64,000 nt of DNA from Naegleria gruberi (lineage: Eukaryota), in assembly GCA_000004985.1 (NCBI GenBank), contig GG738876.1, one strand, 5' to 3'. Positions 20,236 to 29,047 of the stretch are shown one piece after another; position 1 is the stretch's first letter, and each line of letters starts with the position of its first letter. Made by a program: the position numbers and the translations under genes. Below the pieces are notes generated by a model. That model was not told the DNA's origin and did no database searches. It saw only the letters and a list, made by a program, of their open reading frames with translations.

Positions 20236-22694
20236 TTATTTCAAATTCTCCAATTCATCGAGTGGGATATCCTCCTCATAAATATCTCGATTTCTCTTCT
20301 TTCCAGTTTCTTCGATTTCCAATGAAAAATCAGCATCAAGAGCAGCATTAGGTGAAGTCAATTGAGCAATTTCATCCTCATCATTTTGTTTTGGAATTGT
20401 CTTAATCTCGAGTAATTTGGTCTTTGGAGCTGCTTGTTGCTTCTTAGGTTTGTGGGTTCTATTATTGAGCTTTGTTTCAACAATCGAAAGCTTGTTTGCA
20501 GTTTCATTCATATGAGAAACAACTCCATTCTTCAAATTTTGTAAATCAGTAACACTAACATTTCTACCAAACGTTTCCTCGCAAGATTTTAACAATGCCT
20601 CTTCTGCTTCCAGACCAGAAGAAGCATTTGTTGATAAAATATTTCCAAATGAGCAAATATATGATTCTAAAACATCTGTCAGCACATTGAGGGCACCTGC
20701 TTTAGCTCCTTCAAATCCTTCATGACATAAAATCATTGATGTAATGCAACTGAGAGCAGAATGTGCATTCTCTTTGGAAAGATTTTGCTCTAACATTTCA
20801 TCTGGGCTCGAACTACTAGCTGAACCTTCAGAGCTTGCACTTACTGCTTTAAGGGGAATGAGAAGGTTCTTTTTCTTTTCTCTTAATTGAATAATCTTAT
20901 CTACATTTTGTTTAACTAGAGTATTGCTTGGCGAATAAATAAATGTGTCATCTTCATTGGAAATGGATGAGATTTGTTTCTTTCCTGGTGGTGGTGGACT
21001 TGTTGGCTCTCTACTCATTTGCAATGTTTGCAATAAATTATTACTTCCACTATTGCAAGAATTTTTGAGAATAGTTTGGGCCAAGTTCTGAAGTTTTGGT
21101 TCCTGTTGAGCTTTGTGAGATTGGCTATATATTTTCTTAATGGTTGACACATCTCGTAATCCCAATTTATATCCTAGATTGGAAATTATACTTAATTGTT
21201 GTTTTGCAAAATCTTTTGAGTTGTTTCGTGTTGCTATCGATGTTAAATGTGAATTTGAGAGACTTTCACCATAATCTGGCAATGTCTCATCATATGTATA
21301 TTCTGGGAAAATACATCTACTATTACTACTTAGGTTTTCAAAATAGAATGAGCTTAGAGAGTTCTCGTGGATACATTTTTGAGTTGATTTTTCTCCTCTT
21401 AGTTTCTTTTTAAATTATTGTTAAAATTCAAATAAGCTATATTCAAACTTACTAATTTTGGAAGTCTAACTTGTGCTGTTGATAAATTCCATCTTTCTTC
21501 CCTGTCGAAAATATCTACATTTTTAATTTCTTTTTGATTCTCTTGTTGAATTTTTTCCTTCAAATCTAAATAAATATCCAAATCCTTTGATGGAAGTATT
21601 TCTACAGTATTTACCTTTTGAGCCATCTCTGTATCAATTATATTCCAAGAATCTGGATCTGAATCCTTATCCTGTAAAGTGCTGAGTTTTATCTTTTTTC
21701 TTGGCTTTGATGTTGATGGCACAGTTGGTGTTTGTTCAGATTCAGAATCAGACATTGGTAATACCATAGAGCTGGCATCTTGCATTTTGGAGAGAGCATC
21801 CAATTTTTCCTCGTCATAGATAGCATTTATAGATGTTGTAGGATTATATAAATTAGAAATGATCATTTGATCAATTTGATTATACTTGTAGAGATCCACA
21901 ATATTTGTATTTTCATCATTTTGCAAATGCATATTTTCTAATAAATCCCTATCTTTTTCCAATGTGTGAAATTCACTCATTTGGAAATATGGCAATAAAG
22001 AAATGTCATCATCGTACAATACATGATTTGTTACAAATGAATCGTATAAAATTGATCTCAATCTCAAAGATAATTCCATAATTAAATTATGTGACACTTC
22101 TCCAGAGGCTTGATTATTGTTCCAGAAATTACCAAATGTATCCTTATTCACAGTAACTTGTTGATACAATTTATACAATTTATCATTGCTAGCTTGTTGA
22201 AAAATGTTGGAAATCTTCTTTTTAGGAGATCGATCCAATTCTTGAACAAGTGAAAACCACTGATCAGATGATGATGTTTGTAGCATACAAGGAGAACAAC
22301 AAGAAGACGAAGTAGGTGAATAATCAGATGGTGATACAACAGCTCTCCTTCCTCCAACAACAATACCTCCCGACGATGATAACAGTGGTGTATTATTATT
22401 ACCAGGCTTTCTCTTTCTTCGTGTATTTGGTGTTTTCAATTGTGTATTATTATTATTACTAATGCTGCTACTACCACAACTCGTTGAAGATGGTGGAGTA
22501 TTATTTCCACCTCCTTGTTGTTGTTGCAATGTTGTAGTACCATGAATACCACTTGTATTGACCGTCAGTTGATGCTGTTGCTGTTGTTGCTGAAGTAAAG
22601 AAGAAGCTTCGCCAACTTCTTTGCCCGTTATTATTGTTGGTGTTGCTTCATGTAAATGGTTGGGCATTTTTTGGAAATGATAGGTTGGCGCCAA
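20236..22694 (-). CDS. Q/N/S-rich nuclear-type protein with a possible BTP/histone-fold (TAF8/TAF3-like) segment; two exons
   Basis: ORFs 21399..22694 and 20236..21282 join in frame once a 47-nt intron at 21406..21452 is removed. The donor is gtaagt directly after ...RLPKL, and the acceptor is ttaaaaag. The downstream frame is open right up to the acceptor and has no ATG near its 5' end. Exon 1 is 22694..21453 and exon 2 is 21405..20236. LSCITSMILCHEGFEGAKAGALNVLTDVLESYICSFGNIL is a weak BTP-like match. Confidence 0.6.
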
Positions 22695-22902
22695 ATAATA
22701 TTTTCCTTTTCTCTTCTTGCTTCTTGTGATGGTGATGATGAATTAATTGTCATCATATTGAACAAGAGGATAGATATAATTTGATATGTATGTTAGGAAG
22801 ATGGTTGCTGAAGAAGAATTTTAATGTGAGGATTTGAATTTTGAGTTTTTTGCTTCACCTTCAAGAGAGAAGGTTCTTCATTGAAAAATTAAAGTTAAAA
22901 AA

Positions 22903-24499
22903 ATGTATTGCAATAGTATGTAGGAGATGTTTTTGAAGATTGTTCTAATGTGTTGTGTTATTAATCCTTGTTGTTGTTTGTATTGTGTGATGCGGATTCT
23001 AGTTAGTGAAACAGCACCACTTCATCCTGTAATTTCTAAAAAGACTGGACACTTGTTTGAAAAGAGTTTGATCTTAAAGTATATTGAAGAACACGGAAAG
23101 TGTCCAATTACTGGACAAGATTTAACTCCTAATGATTTAATTGATGTAATTTGTAGGTATCGGATCTTTAATTTCTCTCATCATTGATCATCTTGTATTA
23201 TTGTTCATCTGAATAATTGTTTTAATAGATAAGAAAGGCACTGAATCATCGGTGAAGCCTAGTCAAGCTATTGCCAGTATTCCAAGCATGTTACAAACAT
23301 TCCAAAATGAATGGGACTCTGTAATGTTGGAAACTTTTACTTTGAGACAACAATTGGATAAATCAAGAAAGGAACTTTCACACTCACTTTATCAACATGA
23401 TGCTGCTTGCAGAGTTATTGCAAGATTAATGAAGGATAATGATGACACAAAGAGTATTCTCAGAAAAAATCAAAATAATATGGAAGATGAAACTTCTAAT
23501 ACTCTCTCAGAGACTGTTTCAGAAAGACTTACAAATACTGCAGAAATTCTCTCATCAAATAGAAAACAAAGAACTATTTCACCATCTCTTAAATCACCAG
23601 AGGAAATGTCAAATTCCAACACTCGTTTGTTAAATAGTGAATACAGACTCCATCAAGGAAAGGGTATTCAATCCATTGACGTTTTAAATTCATTGATTTT
23701 AACTGGAGGTAGAGATGGATCAATTTCAGTTTTTGATAAGCAATATAATACTTGTATTGGAGAGTTGAATTCTAATTCTGGACCTGTAAATTGTGCCATT
23801 TTCCACAATACTCCTGAATTTGCCTTTTCAAGTCACAATAGAGATGTTAAAATATGGTCTCTTAAGGATTCTACCTGTCTTCACACTATGGAAAAACTTC
23901 ATTTGGAACGTGTTACTGGACTTGCCTTGCATCAATCTGGTCACTACTTCTTGACATCATCTCTCGATCAGACATGGTCTTTCTGTGAAATTGAAACTGG
24001 AACTAGTTTGTTAAAGAGTAGCAATGATGAATCAGGATATACTTGTATTCAATTCCATCCAGATGGTTTATTATTTGGTACTGGTCTTCAAAATAATGCT
24101 GTAAAGATTTGGGACGTCAAGTCTCAACAAGTAGCTGCTACATTACAAGGACACTCTGGAGAAGTTACCTCACTTTCATTCTCTGAAAATGGTTACTATC
24201 TCGCTTCTTCATCAAAGGATAAGACTGTTCGTATTTGGGATTTAAGAAAAGTGGTACCTCTGCACACATTGCAATTCAATTCACCAGTTAGCAATGCTTC
24301 CTTCGACTATTCTGGTATTTATCTAGGTGCAACCTGTACTGATGGTACTGTTGGAGTTTATCAAGCTAAGGTTTGGACTGAACTCATTAATACAACAGTT
24401 CCAAACACCTGTTCTCCATCAAGCATTCGCTTTGGACCTAATGCTAGTTTTATTGCTGTTTCCGGATTGGAGGACAGCACTTTGCGATTCATTGAATAA
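22903..24499 (+). CDS. PRP19: Pre-mRNA-processing factor 19 (U-box E3 ligase with WD40 repeats), three exons
   Basis: Exons are 22903..22915, 23003..23152 and 23229..24499. Introns are 22916..23002 (87 nt, gtatgt...tctag) and 23153..23228 (76 nt, gtaggt...aatag). The spliced N-terminus MYCN|ISETAPLHPVISKKTGHLFEKSLILKYIEEHGKCPITGQDL matches the Prp19 U-box. SIPSMLQTFQNEWDSVMLETFTLRQQL...LYQHDAACRVIARL is the Prp19 coiled-coil signature. WD40 repeats follow. Confidence 0.9.
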
Positions 24500-24559
24500 A
24501 AAGAAATTGTAAAGTAAACGAATTTAACACGAACTTCGAGATCAAAAAACAAGAAAAAA

Positions 24560-25478
24560 ATGGGTGTAGACGTTACCGTGCTAATGGTCAATCTGGACCA
24601 ATTTGAAGATTTGGGTATGCATCTACTTTTTTACTTTATTATTTAATACTTTGTAAATAGCTGAGAAACTTGTCTCCGATGAAACAGAAGATCCATCTTC
24701 CTACAAACAAGATTTGTTAGAATTAGATAGCAGATTTTATATTAACAGTTTCCGCTTGAGAGCTGCCGGTGAATTAGCAAAATTTGCAGCTAAATTCGGA
24801 TTATCAGAAACTTGGTCTGATTCAACCCAATTAGATGAATTGTTGTGTAGTATTGGCACATTTAGACAAGACAGTACAATCATACTAACTCAGGAAAACT
24901 CTGATGAAGTGGAGGAATATGTTGAATTTCCTAACTTGATTGAGTTGGGAGAAGCTTACCAATCAGTTGCAGAGTACACTTTCACATTCATTCATCCACT
25001 TTTGATTGCAGAATTGAGTGCTCATTTCGAACATCAAAATAGCATTCCTATTGAATTATTGGAAAAAGTATTCGAAAATGAATATGAAGAATATGTTCGT
25101 CCAAAGAAATTGAGAAAACCAAATTCCAATGAAGAAAGCATCGATGGAATAAGAGAATGGTTAAGCCATAATGATGAATATGTATTCTTCACCAATATCC
25201 TATTGTATTACAATACACCTGAACGTGTCTTTTCTCTTTTGGAAAAACCAAAAATTGGAAAGGAAAAAGTGAAAAATATTTTACAACCACTGCTGATGAA
25301 ATTTGAAGATATTGCAGATGAATATTGGATTTTAATTATGGAATTTATTGAAGATCCATTTTCATTGACAAGATTTGGAATGGCTCATTCGAAATTCTAC
25401 AATATTCTTTGTAAGAATCGAAAAGAATGGTATGCAGAATTCAAAAGAAATATTGGATTATTCTCATACCTGAGCTAA
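24560..25478 (+). CDS. Hypothetical acidic protein, two exons
   Basis: aaaaaaaATG start. Exon 1 is 24560..24614, the intron is 24615..24660 (46 nt, gtatgc...aaatag), and exon 2 is 24661..25478, in frame with ORF 24714..25478. No confident domain. Confidence 0.6.
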
Positions 25479-25603
25479 TTACCCTTCAAATGTTCTTCAC
25501 ATTGTACGAATTAGTTCTTGTTTTGCTAGATCATTAAATTTATTAAAGCATTCTCTAATAATTTGTAAGAAAGTATTCAATTAATTTAAAAAGAGTTCCA
25601 GCA

Positions 25604-26338
25604 ATGTATGTTGCTAATCAAGCTGTATTGGCATTGTATTCATCTGGAAAGACTAATGGAATGGTTATGGATTCAAGAGATGGAATTACACATGCTGTTC
25701 CAATTAATGATGGATTTGCCGTTTCAGATGCAATTGTGAGTTTAGAATTGGCAGGCAGTGACATTACTGATTGTTTAATGGAAATGTTGAAGGGGAAAGG
25801 GTTTCCTCAACTCCAATCCTTAACAAACGAAAGAAGAATCTTTAGAGATATTAAGGAGAAGCACTGTTATATTTCTCTTGATTTCAATACTGAAATGGTA
25901 AATGAAACATCTTTATCTATTCAAAGAGAATATGAACTACCAGATGGGTCTATCATTCCAATTGATAAAGAACGATTCAAATGCACAGAAGTTCTTTTCC
26001 AACCAAATTTGATGGAATTAGAATGTGCCTCCATTCATGAAACTATTCTCAGCTCAATTGGTAAATGTAATATTGAAATGAGAAAGAATTTGTTCAGTAA
26101 CATTCATATATCAGGTGGAAATACAATGTTTGAGGGAATTTCTGAACTATTGACCAAGGAACTGACTGCACTAGCTCCATCTGCAATGAATGTTAAGATT
26201 ATTGCTCCTCCTAAGAGGAAATATTCTGTTTGGATTGGTGGTTCGATTCTTGCGAGTTTTATTGAACATGATATGTGGCTTTCGAAAGAGAATTATGAAG
26301 AATTTGGATATGAAGTTGTTCATAGAAAGTGTTATTGA
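25604..26338 (+). CDS. 5'-truncated divergent actin paralogue (equivalent to actin residues ~132-375 only); possibly a pseudogene or neo-gene
   Basis: The 244-aa ORF is collinear with the C-terminal two thirds of actin, from MYVA.QAVL to the terminal HRKC(F/Y). About half the positions are identical by eye. The codons just upstream of the ATG still read ..R-V-P-A-, matching actin N-V-P-A-M-Y-V, and are then cut off by an in-frame TAA at 25559. Confidence 0.7.
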   Translation: MYVANQAVLALYSSGKTNGMVMDSRDGITHAVPINDGFAVSDAIVSLELAGSDITDCLMEMLKGKGFPQLQSLTNERRIFRDIKEKHCYISLDFNTEMVNETSLSIQREYELPDGSIIPIDKERFKCTEVLFQPNLMELECASIHETILSSIGKCNIEMRKNLFSNIHISGGNTMFEGISELLTKELTALAPSAMNVKIIAPPKRKYSVWIGGSILASFIEHDMWLSKENYEEFGYEVVHRKCY

Positions 26339-26720
26339 GTTCAGTATTCTTCTTGCTGGAATACTATTGATCACCATTCAGAGATGTCAGATGCGAAGAA
26401 CGCAGAAGTGTTTGTTGTTTGTAAAAATTATTACGGAAATATTTACTGAAATTTGTTTTAGTTATTCGAAAGAAATGCATTTACGAATCCACAAAGATGC
26501 ATCATCATATCTTAAAGGATAATAATGCCGATCCAGTAGGGCGGCAATCCTCTTATTTCTAACAATTTGTACGAAACCAAGTTGAAATTGTAGAATCTTG
26601 TTTGTAAATGGAAAGAGATGGTATTTTACAAATTAATTTAAACTGTCCCTAGTACGTACATTTTGTTTGAAATGATTGAAAGAAAGTAAGAGTAAAGGGT
26701 TTATTAATCATTCAAAAAGA

Positions 26721-28520
26721 ATGTCAACAATACTTTCGAATAGTTTATTCATCATTACTTTACTCTTGCTTGTTGTTTCGAATAGTTACCAATCAACCAA
26801 CAACAGCAACTTGACAACCGTTACTTCATTCTACTACCCACAATACGAATGTCTCAAACACACTCCAGTCAACCAATTCTACTATCCTTTCATGTTCACT
26901 CTCGATACTCCCTTCTATGATTATTGTAAATTGCCAACGATTGGAAATGCACCACAAGATTTCTATAAGGACTCTCAATTGATCAGTTCATTATTGGATG
27001 GTTCATTCTCTTGTGTTGATTTCCTGTGTTCCAATGACAAGGAATGGAACCTTTCGAATAAGACTCAGCTCACTACACTTGGAGTCATGTGGAATTATTG
27101 TTTTTATTGTAATACTGAGGGAAGAAATTCATCATCAATTAATTCGACAAGTGAAATATTTAGAGAAAAACTAATGTTGGGTCAATGTGATGCATTTTCA
27201 ATTGCAAATTCATCGTTGAATTTCTTGGAGAATTTCAATCGAGTTTCGAATAGGCATTGTAATGGAGATAGCTATGTGGAGAGACGTCATTTACCATTCC
27301 TTGAATATTACTTTTTCCAAACAGATTACTTTATCAATTCGTTTGCTAGATATAGAAAGAATAATTTCAATGAAGTTTATTCTGATGCAAAGACTTACAT
27401 TTCCAAAGTTAAACTTCAATCCATTCTCACCTTTTATTTTAAAGATTTATTCGAAAGGTCAACACTTGATTCAGCCCCTCTCAACATTCCAGTTTCATGT
27501 TGGTGTGATTATGGATCTAGCTCCAAAACCATTGGTTTTCAATGCTACGATTATTATCAGGGATGGCAATTATTATGTACCTATAGAATATGTGTTGTGA
27601 TATTTACTCTATTATATGGCAGTTGTTCATTGTTTTATTCATTGGTTTTGGTGGTACCGAGAATTGTGGAGAGAATTTCCTCATTCAAACAGAGAAATGA
27701 TATTAGATTAATGGAAACTAATTGTAAGAAACCTCTCTATTTCATTAGACATTTTTTAGATATTGTAACACAACCTCCAATTTTCTTTACATTATCTGCA
27801 TTCTTTGGAATGTTGGAAAACTGTTTCAGATTTCTATTTAATTTTAGTGTTTTTAATGGATTTTTCAATTCTTTCTATTCGGGAATTTTTAGATCGATTT
27901 CAATTGGTTTGGCATGTTGTGGATATTCTGCATTGGTTATTTCATGGGCTCATGTGATTGATTTGGCAAAGAGAAAGACATCCTCTGCTCCCTTTTCAAG
28001 TCAATTGTCAAAATTGAATGTTGTAATCTTGACAATTTGTTACATTGGCATGTTAATATCAGGAATTGTGAGTGCAATCATTTTGATTGTTGTGAAGAAC
28101 TCATCTACTGGTTATATCTTCTTGACAGTTGCTGTACTGATCTATCTCTTTACATTTGTAGTTGGCTTTGCATTTTATGGAATCAAGATTTTACTTTCCC
28201 TCAGAAAAACCTCAGATACTAGCTCAATTATTGAGTATCGTTTCACCAAATTCATTCTATTAGAAACGGTCTTCTTCCTTATTGGTTGGATTGTTTCACT
28301 CTTCATGTTAGTTTCGTACGTGTTTGGTTTCGATTCGATGGGACTTTTCTGGGGACTCAATAGAAATATTTTCATGGATACCATGTTGAATGCAGTTTCC
28401 ATTCTCTCATGTTACATTACTTTCAATAGGAATGCATTCGAAATGGTGTATGGAAAGAAGTTTCTTTCATTGTGTTCATGTGAAAAGAATAATGATACTA
28501 CAAGTGATAATAAACAATAA
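26721..28520 (+). CDS. Seven-transmembrane receptor-like protein with a Cys-rich N-terminal ectodomain
   Basis: The ATG at 26721 follows aaaaaga. There is a signal peptide (LFIITLLLLVVSNSYQS). An ectodomain of about 270 aa has many Cys residues and N-x-S/T sites. Seven hydrophobic helices follow. No family could be assigned by eye. Confidence 0.6.
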   Translation: MSTILSNSLFIITLLLLVVSNSYQSTNNSNLTTVTSFYYPQYECLKHTPVNQFYYPFMFTLDTPFYDYCKLPTIGNAPQDFYKDSQLISSLLDGSFSCVDFLCSNDKEWNLSNKTQLTTLGVMWNYCFYCNTEGRNSSSINSTSEIFREKLMLGQCDAFSIANSSLNFLENFNRVSNRHCNGDSYVERRHLPFLEYYFFQTDYFINSFARYRKNNFNEVYSDAKTYISKVKLQSILTFYFKDLFERSTLDSAPLNIPVSCWCDYGSSSKTIGFQCYDYYQGWQLLCTYRICVVIFTLLYGSCSLFYSLVLVVPRIVERISSFKQRNDIRLMETNCKKPLYFIRHFLDIVTQPPIFFTLSAFFGMLENCFRFLFNFSVFNGFFNSFYSGIFRSISIGLACCGYSALVISWAHVIDLAKRKTSSAPFSSQLSKLNVVILTICYIGMLISGIVSAIILIVVKNSSTGYIFLTVAVLIYLFTFVVGFAFYGIKILLSLRKTSDTSSIIEYRFTKFILLETVFFLIGWIVSLFMLVSYVFGFDSMGLFWGLNRNIFMDTMLNAVSILSCYITFNRNAFEMVYGKKFLSLCSCEKNNDTTSDNKQ

Positions 28521-29047
28521 TGTGATTGGTAAAGGATTGAATATTCTTGATCTCTGTTTCAATTTTCGTTCAAACTTGCACCTCATCTCCCATTTTCCTT
28601 GAAATTCAATTGTTCGGAGATGAGTGGGAGTTATTAATTGAAAATTCCGCAGTAGTAAGCACAATCTGTTCACAAGTCCATTACTTCTCCTCATGAAATC
28701 ATCAATTAATATTGAAAATTATTTGGATGTAGATATTGCAATTTCCTTCGTGTTCTCCATCTTTATTTCTCTGTGCATTATCAAAAACTACACACAGGTG
28801 CGCCCAATGATTGATCAATATTGAACCTTTTTTCATTCCTCCCACACGTGTGTGCTCCCTATCAATCATTAAGAGCATCAACATGATCCATTCAACAAAT
28901 GCAAGAGAGGCTCTCTTGAAAATTTTGGCGCGCAACTAAAATCTATGTGATTGTGTATTTGAGACTGATGGGAAGATGCTTTGAAAAAATATCTTTTTAA
29001 AATAATTTTAAATAAATTATTGTTGAAGAAAATTGATTCTAGAAAAA

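Noticed and set aside
25411-25601. A 191-nt intron (donor gtaaga at 25411, acceptor ttccag ending at 25601) that would fuse the upstream gene 24560..25478 in phase to the truncated actin ORF
   Set aside because: The phases do match (T + CA gives Ser). However, the interval is about twice the longest intron I could place in this window. It would discard the conserved V-P-A codons and would remove the upstream gene's own C-terminus. It is kept only as something for RNA-seq to test.
28476-28935. Minus-strand ORFs 28476..28694 (72 aa) and 28702..28935 (77 aa) in the spacer before the acylase gene
   Set aside because: They are short, start at non-ATG codons or lack an A-run leader, and have no recognisable motif or codon bias. 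They are probably chance ORFs in an intergenic or promoter region.
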